From an uncultured Actinomycetes bacterium (GTDB lineage Bacteria > Actinomycetota > Thermoleophilia > UBA2241): 64,000 bases of DNA. Below, piece after piece: positions 28,697-37,008 of the stretch (position 1 is the first letter of the stretch; each line of letters opens with the position of its first letter). The translations under genes and the position numbers were made by a program. The stretch covers positions 128,001 through 192,000 of the forward strand of contig CAVRZA010000001.1 of the NCBI GenBank assembly GCA_963725665.1, written 5' to 3'. Under the pieces are notes generated by a model. It made no database searches. It was not told where the DNA came from and was given only the letters and a program-made list of their open reading frames with translations.

Positions 28697-28800
28697 CCCA
28701 CGACCGCCAACTGCCCCACAGCCAGTCGAAGCCCGGCGTCGATCTTCTGCGCGGCCTCCTCCTGCATGCCCGGCACCACATGGCCGTACGTGCCTAAGTC
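28693..28800 (-). pseudogene. C-terminal remnant of a tyrosine integrase
   Basis: Manual translation DLGTYGHVVPGMQEEAAQKIDAGLRLAVGQLAVVG* matches the TYxHVxPGMQxEAA tail of phage/ICE integrases containing the catalytic Tyr; about 400 bp from the att core. Confidence 0.75.
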
Positions 28801-28805
28801 CGCGA

Positions 28806-28866
28806 TGTAAAGCATGCTTGACACCACGGCCTCTCGTTGCTAGAGTCATGTCAAGCCAACTTTACA
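28806..28866 (+). promoter_or_regulatory. Sigma70-type promoter flanked by two palindromic operators
   Basis: TTGACA(28818)-17 bp-TAGAGT(28841); operators TGTAAAG-N4-CTTGACA (28806-28823) and TGTCAAG-N4-CTTTACA (28849-28866). Confidence 0.8.
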
Positions 28867-28888
28867 CGAGGAAGGCAGAGGAGCTGTG

Positions 28889-29089
28889 ATGGTCAATCGG
28901 GTCAAGGATCTGCGCGTGGCGGCGGGTCTGCGCCAGGAGGATCTCGCCGAGAGCACCGGGGTCAGCCGCCAGACGATCATCTCCATCGAGCGCGGCCGCT
29001 ACAACCCGTCGCTCGAGCTCGCCTGGAAGCTGTCCAGGATGCTGGGCGTGACCATCGAGGAGCTCTTCTGTTTCACGGAGGGAGACTGA
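28889..29089 (+). CDS. XRE-family HTH regulator
   Basis: NRVKDLR...LRQEDLAESTGVSRQTIISIERGRYNPSLELAWKL...IEELF. Confidence 0.93.
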   Translation: MVNRVKDLRVAAGLRQEDLAESTGVSRQTIISIERGRYNPSLELAWKLSRMLGVTIEELFCFTEGD

Positions 29090-29090
29090 C

Positions 29091-29470
29091 ATGCGGACTG
29101 CACGCACGACCATCCTCATCGCGGTGGTGCTCGCGCTGCCGTATCTCGTCATCGGCCTGTGGTCTGACGGCCCGCTACGCCGCGACGACTCATCGGCGGC
29201 GGCATCGTCCTGCTCGTCGTCAGCGGACTCGCGGCCGCCTGGATGGCATGGCGCGGCAAGCGCATCGACGAGGCCCAGGACGAGCGCCAGACGTTCATCG
29301 TCGGCAACGCGATGCGCTTCTCGTTCTGCGTCATGGCCGTCGCCGTGCAGGCGTACTGGGCCTGGCAGTTCGCGAGCCAGGGCAACGCCGGCGACAGCTC
29401 GTTCTGGCTGCTCGTGGCCCTCTGGGGCTCGTTCCTCGGCGGCATCGTCTACAACCAGGCCAGACACTGA
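29091..29470 (+). CDS. Small membrane protein with DER motif (DUF2178-like), split by a frameshift near 29176
   Basis: MRTARTTILIAVVLALPYLVIGLWSDGPL | PRRLIGGGIVLLVVSGLAAAWMAWRGKRIDEAQDERQ...YNQARH*; one base missing. Confidence 0.65.
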
Positions 29471-29491
29471 CCAGCACCGAAGGAGGACGTC

Positions 29492-29716
29492 ATGGCGAAG
29501 AGCAAGACGACACCGGGAACCGGGGCGAAGAAGAAGGTGGACACACTGGGAGAATGGATCGCCATCGGCGTCGGGGTCGGGGTCGCGTTCGGCGTGCTCT
29601 TCGGGCAGATCGGGCTCGGCATCGCGCTCGGCGCCGGCGTCGGCATCGTCATCGGCTCGGCCCTGGCGAGCCGCGGCGATGGGCGGCGCGCGGATCGCCA
29701 CGACTCTGACGCGTAG
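29492..29716 (+). CDS. Small Gly-rich membrane protein
   Basis: AAGGAGG RBS; WIAIGVGVGVAFGVLFGQIGLGIALGAGVGIVIG. Confidence 0.75.
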   Translation: MAKSKTTPGTGAKKKVDTLGEWIAIGVGVGVAFGVLFGQIGLGIALGAGVGIVIGSALASRGDGRRADRHDSDA

Positions 29717-29814
29717 CTCAGGCGGCGGGGCGCGACTCCCGGACGCAGTCGGGCAGCCTTCCCGCCGGCTGCGCCTCGCGCGAGTGCGGAGCGTCAACCC
29801 GCCAGCTGGGCGGA

Positions 29815-30546
29815 CTAGCCGCGGCCGAAGAGCTCCCTCAGGATGCTGCCGAACTCGAGGAGAGCATGTCGTCCTTCGCCTACGTAGACGGAGCCATGCA
29901 TCGTGGCGACGGTGGTGGGCTCCAGATCGGCGAGCTCGGCGAGCATCGGCTCGGTGGTCGGCGTATACGGCATGTAGTTCACGAGCGGCGTCCCCTCGAA
30001 GCTCTTCAGCGAGGCTCGGGTCCTCTCCAAGACATCCTCGCGAGCGATCGCTTCGGCCTTGCCGCTCTGGTGCAGGATATCGGAGGAGAAGAGCGTCTTC
30101 GTGGTTTCATCGAACAGGTGCCCAGCGTCCCAGCCGTGGGGGAGGTGGGGTGTCTGCAGGTACCGGACTCGATGCGCACCCGTCTCGATCACGTCGCCGC
30201 TCTTCAGGCCCTTGACCGGCCGCGAGGCGTAGTCCCACATGTTGATGAGGACGCCGGTCATGCTGCATATGGCCTCCGCCTGAGGAGCGGCCGCCAGCCA
30301 CTCGTTCAGGGCGCCACACTCGTCTATCTCGAAGTGACTGAAGCCGATCCATCTGATCGTCGCGGGGTCGATGACACGAGCGACCGCGTCGCGCACGCCG
30401 GGGAAGAGCGCACGCATGCCGGTGTGGTAGAGCAAGGGCTGCTCGTCTCGCACCAGGAACTGGCTGAACTCGAGGTCGGTTGGGGGTTCGAGATACGTCG
30501 AGATGCGAAAGACATCGGGGCCGATCTCGGCGACGTTGGTCTCCAT
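29815..30546 (-). CDS. Metallo-beta-lactamase fold protein (flavodiiron/ODP-like domain, no flavodoxin)
   Basis: AAGGAG RBS; FSHFEIDECG, TPHLPHGWD, LFSSD, ATMHG. Confidence 0.85.
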   Translation of the reverse strand: METNVAEIGPDVFRISTYLEPPTDLEFSQFLVRDEQPLLYHTGMRALFPGVRDAVARVIDPATIRWIGFSHFEIDECGALNEWLAAAPQAEAICSMTGVLINMWDYASRPVKGLKSGDVIETGAHRVRYLQTPHLPHGWDAGHLFDETTKTLFSSDILHQSGKAEAIAREDVLERTRASLKSFEGTPLVNYMPYTPTTEPMLAELADLEPTTVATMHGSVYVGEGRHALLEFGSILRELFGRG

Positions 30547-30772
30547 CCCTGGCTCCTTTCGGAAGTTCCCTGCCGAACGAGACGAGCTTGTGCGGTTCGT
30601 CGCCGCACCAAGGCACGCCTGGAAGATGCCCGCACAGGCGGCCGATGTGCCGCATTCCATCCTACCGCTGGTGGCCGTCGTTGTATGCGCTTGTTCGGGG
30701 AGCAAGCCGACGCCCGTGCGGTCTTGAGACCTCCCGCCCGTGGGTGCAGACTCCTCGGTGAAGGAGTGGTTC

Positions 30773-31027
30773 ATGCGTCGGCACGCACTCGGGGTCGTCG
30801 CGGTGTGTCTGAGCGCGCTGACGACGGGGACCGCCATCAAGGCGCCCGACGTCACCTACGGCGCACTCATCGGGGACGGCTTCACAGACGCGACCAGTCG
30901 AAAAGCCATCCGCGACGGCCTTGACGAGAGCGGCAAGCGACTGGACGAGGCCATGCCTCGCTGGCAGATGAGCGACGCGGACCTCGATGCTACGATCGCC
31001 TACCTCAAAGAGCTGGGCGCGCGTTGA
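30773..31027 (+). pseudogene. Cytochrome c-like gene lacking CXXCH (internally deleted)
   Basis: AAGGAG RBS; signal-like MRRHALGVVAVCLSALT joined directly to AIKAPDVTY...AIRDGLDESGKRLDEAMPRWQMSDADLDATIAYLK. Confidence 0.65.
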
Positions 31028-31059
31028 GGACCGGCTGACGCAACCCATAGGAGGGCAGG

Positions 31060-32019
31060 ATGACGGCCCGCACCATCCTCATCACCGGCGCCGCAGGCAA
31101 CCTAGGTGGCCTCCTTGCCGACCGACTGGCCGGCAGCGAGCACGATCTTCGCCTGATGGTGCATCGCACCGACGTCCGCGACGACCTCAAGCGCCGGCCC
31201 CGTACGCAGGTGGTGCGCGCCGATCTCGCCGACCCGGCGTCGCTCGGTCCCGCGGTCGCGGGCGTCGACACGGTCGTGCATTTCGCCGGGGTGCTGTTCG
31301 CACCGCGCCCCGAGCGGTTCCTTCCGGTGACCAACACGGCCTGGTTCGCCAACCTGCTGGAGGCCTGCCTTGCGGCGCGGGTGGACCGCTTGGTCCTCAT
31401 CTCGTTCCCTCACGTAGAGGGACCCACCACACCCGAGAGCCCCGCGAGCGGACGCCTTGACGGTGCGCCGGTCTCGGTGCACGCACGCACTCGGCTCGAG
31501 GAGGAGCGGCTGCTGTTCTCGCGCACCGCGGGGACGGCCACGACCCCGGTCTCCCTGCGGCTGGGCATGGTCTACGGCCGCGGTATCCTCATGATCGAGG
31601 CGGCGCGCTGGCTGGCGCGTCACCATCTGCTCGCCGTGTGGCGGCAGCCGATCTGGATCCACCTGATCTCGACTGCCGACTTCCTCGCGGGGACGGTGGT
31701 GGCCGCCACCGCCGATGGTGTGTCCGGCATCTACCACGCGGGGGACGACGAACCACTGCCGCTGCAGCGCTTCCTCGACGAGGCCTGCGCTGTCTGGGGC
31801 CTCCGCCGCCCCTGGCGGCTGCCGGTGTGGATGATCGTGGCCGGGGCCGCTGCCTGCGAGTTGGGCGCCGCGGTCCTGCGCACGAAGTCGCCGTTGACCC
31901 GCGACTTCATCACGATCGGGCGTGTGTCGTACTGCGGCGACACGCGGCGCTTCCGCTCGGAGCTGCTCTCGACGCTCGTCTATCCGACTCTCGAAACGGG
32001 CAAGGCGACGCTGGTCTGA
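31060..32019 (+). CDS. NAD-dependent epimerase/dehydratase (extended SDR)
   Basis: ILITGAAGNLG, VVHFAG, LRLGMVYG. Confidence 0.88.
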   Translation: MTARTILITGAAGNLGGLLADRLAGSEHDLRLMVHRTDVRDDLKRRPRTQVVRADLADPASLGPAVAGVDTVVHFAGVLFAPRPERFLPVTNTAWFANLLEACLAARVDRLVLISFPHVEGPTTPESPASGRLDGAPVSVHARTRLEEERLLFSRTAGTATTPVSLRLGMVYGRGILMIEAARWLARHHLLAVWRQPIWIHLISTADFLAGTVVAATADGVSGIYHAGDDEPLPLQRFLDEACAVWGLRRPWRLPVWMIVAGAAACELGAAVLRTKSPLTRDFITIGRVSYCGDTRRFRSELLSTLVYPTLETGKATLV

Positions 32020-32052
32020 CGGGGGTTTGGGGGCCGACGGCCATGCCAACCG

Positions 32053-33246
32053 TCAGAATCTGGGCAGGATCTTGTAGACGGTGCCGCCGAGCGTCACCAC
32101 GTAGAGCTCACCGCCGGCGTCCTGCCCGAACGACGATATGCCCGTGACCTTCTGGCTGATGGCCGTGCTCGTGGGCCTGCCGTCGGGGCCACGCATCTTC
32201 CAGATGCGGCCCGTCGCGTAGTCGCCGTACAGGTAATAGCCGCGCAGGTAAGGGATGAGCGAGCCGCGGTACACGTAGCCGCCGGTCACCGCCTCACCGA
32301 AGGTGTGGGAGTACTCGGCGACAGGGAACCTGAGCCGCGATCGGTCGATGGGCTGAGGCTTGTACACGTGCGAGCCCTCGTAGTAGCTCCAGCCGAAGTT
32401 CACCCCCGGCGTGGCACCCGCGCGCAGGTAGTCGATCTCCTCCCAGCGATTCTGGCCGACGTCGCCGATCCACAGGTTGCCCTTGGTGCGGTCGAACGAG
32501 AAGCGCCAGGGATTGCGCACACCGTACGCGTACATGATGGTGCGTACGGGGCTCACGTCGACGTTCATGCGCAGGATCTTGCCGAGCCTGCTCTTCCTGT
32601 TCTGGGCACGTAGCTGCGGGTCGCCGGCGCTGCCCCCGTCGCCAAGGCCGATGTAGAGACGGCCGTTGGGTCCGAACTGCAACTGGCCGCCGTTGTGGTT
32701 GGCGTACGGCTGCGCGACCTTGAGCAGCACGCGGCGAGTGCTCGGGTCGGCGCGGTCGGGATCGGTGGCGCTGACCTTGTACTCCACGACCCTGGTGTCG
32801 CCCGCCAGGTTGGTGTAGTCGACGAAGAAGCGGCCGTTGGCGGCGTAGTCCGGATGGAACGCCATGGAGAGCAGCCCCTGCTCGCCGCCGGTCGAGACTT
32901 GGCCGCCCAGGTCGAGGAAGGGTGTGGCGAGCAGTGCGCCGTCCTTGAAGATGAGGATACGACCGCCCTTCTCGACGATGAACAGACGCAGGGCGTCACC
33001 CGGCGGTGCGGTCACGTAGACGGGCTGGCTGAGGCCGGTGACCAGGGCGTGCAGCCTGATGCTGGTCGGCGTCGGAGAGGGAGACGGGCTGGGCGAGGGG
33101 GCAAGCGATGGAACCGCCGGCGAGGGCGACGGGCTCGCGGTGATACCATCGGCGCCCGCCGGGAAGGTCTCGAGGACGACGAGTGCGAGCACCGTCCCCA
33201 GCACCGCTGTGACGACGACTGCGAGCAGTGCCGGCCGTGCGCCCAT
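32053..33246 (-). CDS. PQQ-dependent sugar dehydrogenase family (GSDH beta-propeller), secreted
   Basis: Signal peptide; EQGLLSMAFHPD, NHNGGQLQFGPNGRLYIGLGDGG, GVRNPWRFSFD, SSFGQDAGGELY. Confidence 0.92.
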   Translation of the reverse strand: MGARPALLAVVVTAVLGTVLALVVLETFPAGADGITASPSPSPAVPSLAPSPSPSPSPTPTSIRLHALVTGLSQPVYVTAPPGDALRLFIVEKGGRILIFKDGALLATPFLDLGGQVSTGGEQGLLSMAFHPDYAANGRFFVDYTNLAGDTRVVEYKVSATDPDRADPSTRRVLLKVAQPYANHNGGQLQFGPNGRLYIGLGDGGSAGDPQLRAQNRKSRLGKILRMNVDVSPVRTIMYAYGVRNPWRFSFDRTKGNLWIGDVGQNRWEEIDYLRAGATPGVNFGWSYYEGSHVYKPQPIDRSRLRFPVAEYSHTFGEAVTGGYVYRGSLIPYLRGYYLYGDYATGRIWKMRGPDGRPTSTAISQKVTGISSFGQDAGGELYVVTLGGTVYKILPRF

Positions 33247-33344
33247 GCCCGCGTCTTGCCCCGCCGAGCGCGCGGCCTAACGTCCCGGGCCAGGAAAGGA
33301 GGCTGCCGGCAGACCGACTGGGAAGCCGTCGCGGTGGCCCAACC

Positions 33345-34237
33345 AGTGCCTCGACCAGATCAAGTCGCGCGGCGTGTGCGACGAAGCGTGCTTCCCGCAC
33401 GCCACGGCGTTTCCGAACAACGACATCTGGTCCGGTCCGCCGGTGTGCAAGCTGTGTCCGAACCGCAACGCGCGGGCGGTCAAGATCACCAACCGGGTCC
33501 AGCTCGCTGATCCCACCGCCGCGAAGAACCACCTCAGCTCGATTGGACCCGTCGCGGGCTGCATCGATGTCTACCAGGACTTCTTCAGCTACGGCGGCGG
33601 CGTCTACCATCACGTCAGCGGCGGACTTGCCGGCGGGCACTGCATGGAGGTCATCGGCTACTCGGAGGCCGAGCAGTGCTGGATCGTGGAGAACTCCTGG
33701 GACACGACCTGGGGCGCGGGCGGCTTCGCGAAGATCGCCTACGACGACTTCAAGTTCAACGGTCAGTTCTATCCCATGAACGGCGCCACTGGGGTCGTGC
33801 TGCCGGCCACCGGCTTCCAGTCGCTCGGCGGCAAGCTCGGGTCCCGAGTCGCCGCAGGACGGAACAAGGACGGCCGCCTGGAGGTCTTCGCCCTCGGCAT
33901 GGACAACGCTCTGTGGCACATGTGGCAGGTCGCACCGAATGGCGGGTGGTCGGGCTGGGCCTCCCTCGGCGGAGCCCTCGCCGGCGACCCCTCCGTCGTC
34001 TCAAACGCGGACGGCCGTCTCGAGGTCTTCGCACGCGGGGCGAACAACGCGCTGCTTCACATCTGGCAGACGGCCCCCAACAACGGTTGGTCCACCTGGG
34101 CGTCGCTCGGTGGCGTCATCACGAGCAACCCGGGCTGTGGCCGCAACAAGGACGGTCGTGTCGAGGTCTTCGCGCGCGGTGCTGCGCTCAACCTCATCCA
34201 CACGTGGCAGACTGCTCCCAACAACGGCTGGAACTGA
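33345..34237 (+). pseudogene. 5'-truncated papain-like (C1) cysteine protease fused to PLL-type lectin repeats
   Basis: [47 protein letters not shown]; three GR(L/V)EVFA.G..WQ.APN.GW repeats; no catalytic-Cys QxxCGSCW region or credible start. Confidence 0.8.
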
Positions 34238-34252
34238 ACATGACGGAGTCCA

Positions 34253-34288
34253 GGCGCCCCCTCCGGCCCACGCGTCGGAGGGGGCGCC
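34253..34288. terminator. 13-bp GC stem-loop after the protease-lectin gene
   Basis: ggcgccccctccg-N10-cggagggggcgcc. Confidence 0.55.
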
Positions 34289-34388
34289 CCGGGCGGAACG
34301 GGGATCGGTGCGGCCGAGGCTCGACTCTCGCTGGCGCGACGAGCGAGCGGGTGTCGCGCCACTCCCTGGATAAGATAGGAGGGCGAGA

Positions 34389-34693
34389 TTGCCGACAGCG
34401 AACGAAGATCGACTGACGGGCCGTGTGGGTTTGCCCATCCGCATCCTCCTCGAGTCCACGCCCGGCACGGGCGCGATCTGGTACCCCTCGTTGGCGCCAC
34501 CCGGGACTACGATCGACAGCCTCGACTCGATCCCCATCAGCCCGGGAATAGCGGCTCAGTGCACCAGGTCTTCCTGTTCCAGGCGGACGTGCCCGGCACC
34601 TACACGCTCGACTTCCAGTTGAAGCGCGAGTGGGAACCCGTCGTTCGGGGGGAACGACACGTTGTCATCCGGATTGACCCCGCGACCCCGTGA
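34389..34693 (+). CDS. Chagasin-family (I42) cysteine protease inhibitor, frameshifted near 34550
   Basis: AGGAGG RBS; ILLESTPGTGAIW (NPTTGYxW-like loop). Restoring one base gives PGIGGSVHQVFLFQADVPGTYTLDFQLKREWEP (GxGG and RPW-like loops). Confidence 0.75.
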
Positions 34694-35087
34694 CGCGGTG
34701 AGCAAGAGTGGTCGCAGCCAGGTCCGCGCCTTGCATGAGGCCCGTTTGCTGGCCCCGCTCGGTGGGCGGAGAAGAGATGCGCCGACCCGTCGCTGTCAAC
34801 TAGGTTTAGATGCTTGGGAACACTAGGCAATAGCTTGCACCTTGCGGGGCAGAGTCAGAGCGGGCAGCCAGATGTCGATGAGGACTAGGTTTCTTTGCGG
34901 TCGCCAGCCGACTGACGGGCGGTGCCGGCTGGCGGCGAGGAGGCGCCGCACCCTTGAGCCGTCAGACGGGCACAGCGTCAGAAGCAGCGCACGAAGTTGC
35001 GCACGATGGTCGTGCAGAGAGGTACTGAGCCAGTCACGATCTCCACTCTCATCCGGCGCAGATACTGCTCGAAGCCGGGATTCTCGC
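34556..35087 (+). repeat. Direct repeat copy A (chagasin 3' end + GATase 3' end), paired with 44682-45025
   Basis: Long identical runs such as tgcccggcacctacacgctcgacttccagttgaagcgcgagtgggaacccgtcgttcgg and gcagcgcacgaagttgcgcacgatggtcgtgcag; ~34693-34872 is absent from copy B. Confidence 0.9.
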
Positions 35088-35700
35088 GACGCGCGTAGGC
35101 GAACCACTCCTCAATCAGCTCGTCGTCGACCTCGGGATGGAACTGCACCCCCCAGGCGCGCCGTCCGACCCTGAAGGCCTGCTGATCGCCGTTACGCCGG
35201 GCGAACAGCACGGCCTCCGAGGGAGCCTCGAAGGAGTCCGCATGCGACTGCAGCGTCGAGAAACGCCGCGGCAGCCCGGCGAAAAGCTCGTCATCGTCGG
35301 TGACGTCGATCGGCATCCAGCCCCGCTCGGGAGACTCGCGGTGGTACACGCGGCCCCCGGTGGCCGCAGCGAGCTGTTGCGCGCCGAGGCAGATGCCCAG
35401 CACCGGCACGTCGCGCTCGACCGCCTCATGCAGTATCCGGTGCTCGTCTGCAAGCCACGGGTACTTGTCATCGTCGTCGGTGTTCATGCCGCCACCCAGC
35501 AGCACGAGCCCGGACGACGACAGAAGCTCGGCGGACGTCGGCACAGGCTCACCCGCGCGGACGCGACGGACGACGTAACGAATCCCCTCGGCCTGTAGCA
35601 CCCTGCCGACGGTCCCGGGCAGGCCTTCGACCTCGTGTTGGAGGATGATGACCGGCCCGGAGTGGGTGGCGTCGCTTCGATCCACAGACATGCTAGTCAC
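34978..35700 (-). CDS. Type 1 glutamine amidotransferase (GMP-synthase-like/peptidase C26)
   Basis: LVLLGGGM, PVLGICLGAQ, GVQFHPE. Confidence 0.9.
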   Translation of the reverse strand: MTSMSVDRSDATHSGPVIILQHEVEGLPGTVGRVLQAEGIRYVVRRVRAGEPVPTSAELLSSSGLVLLGGGMNTDDDDKYPWLADEHRILHEAVERDVPVLGICLGAQQLAAATGGRVYHRESPERGWMPIDVTDDDELFAGLPRRFSTLQSHADSFEAPSEAVLFARRNGDQQAFRVGRRAWGVQFHPEVDDELIEEWFAYARRENPGFEQYLRRMRVEIVTGSVPLCTTIVRNFVRCF

Positions 35701-35757
35701 TATTCATGTACTGACGGAGGCTTTCGCCTCCTGTCGGGAAGAACCCTAGGCAGAACC

Positions 35758-36681
35758 TTACGAAATAGATAGGAATCGCCTGGGATTGTCGATCGTCATG
35801 ATGTCGACCACGTCTTGGGACAGACCGGAAGCGAGAAGCTTCGGCACAAAGACTTCTGTCAGGTACGTGAAGCCACGCCCGCCGAAGTAGCGAAGTTCAG
35901 GCATCTGGCCTACATCGTGAGATAGCAGCACCTGTCGCTCAAGGCCCTGCCCCGCAAGCTCCATGATGAGGTGCACGAGGCGGTCTTCGAGCTGCCCCAT
36001 CTGGAGCCCTATGTTGTCGAAAGCCACGTAGGCGCCGCGCCGCGCAATCGCCGTGCAGTACTCAAGATACGGCTGACTGTCGCAATGACCCACGCAGACC
36101 CGCTTAAGATCTACGCCTTCTTCCTCGAAGAGACCTAGCTGCTCTAGGCCGGCATCTGCAGACGTGGTATGCGTGGTGATCGGCAGGCCCGTGCGCACGT
36201 GAGCACGGGCGACTGCGCGATGGACGCGCTCTTCGAGGGGCGAAAGCCAGCCCTGGGCTGCTCCGATTTCGCCGATCACTCCTGGCCTGACCTCAGTCCC
36301 GTCCAAGCCGTGATCGATCTCCTCCACCAATTGCGCAGCGATTGAGGCGACAGAGCGTCTCGCTAGAACATCCTCGGGCGGATAGAAGGGCTCCATGTAC
36401 CAGCCACAGCCCATCACAATGAAGACTTCAGTTCTCTCAGCCAGCTGTCGCACGCGCAGCGGCTCTCGTCCGCAACCTCGCGGTGTCTGGTCCACCACGC
36501 AGCTGCCCCCGGCAGCCCGAAATGCTTGCAGTTCGCCCGCGAGTACTTCGTCGTCTGCCAGTTGCTGAAGAGAGCCATACCCATCGTTCTCCCACGCCGT
36601 GAGGAAGAGATGCTCGTGGGGGAGGGTGAATCCGATTTCCCGCGTATCGACCGGTCCCGTGACCGTCTGGACCTGACTCAT
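35758..36681 (-). CDS. Phosphotriesterase homology protein (PHP-like, Glu-bridged)
   Basis: VQTVTGP, TLPHEHL, VIGEIG, ITTHT, GHCD, LLSHD, DNPRRFL. Confidence 0.9.
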   Translation of the reverse strand: MSQVQTVTGPVDTREIGFTLPHEHLFLTAWENDGYGSLQQLADDEVLAGELQAFRAAGGSCVVDQTPRGCGREPLRVRQLAERTEVFIVMGCGWYMEPFYPPEDVLARRSVASIAAQLVEEIDHGLDGTEVRPGVIGEIGAAQGWLSPLEERVHRAVARAHVRTGLPITTHTTSADAGLEQLGLFEEEGVDLKRVCVGHCDSQPYLEYCTAIARRGAYVAFDNIGLQMGQLEDRLVHLIMELAGQGLERQVLLSHDVGQMPELRYFGGRGFTYLTEVFVPKLLASGLSQDVVDIMTIDNPRRFLSIS

Positions 36682-37008
36682 TCTCTACGGGTCTCCGTCT
36701 GGGGCTCTTCGCTCACCAGAATGTTGTAAGGGGGCTAGTCCTCGTGGGAGAGTCTACATACTTTGACGGTCTTCGGTACGGGGCGGGTTCCGCCTCCGAT
36801 GTGCCAAGGACGCTTCCACAGGGCGGTCGGCAGGGGGTTACTCGCCGGATCGATTGATTTGTCCAAGAGCGCGAACGCCGCGGGCGCCATCGTTGTCACT
36901 CGCATCTCTTTTAGTGCGGCAATGCCGTCGGCTGAGGAGCTGAACTCCTTCCTGAGACGCGGCATCGTGATAGAACAGCCCAAGGGTAAGCCACAAAGGG
37001 AGTGAACC

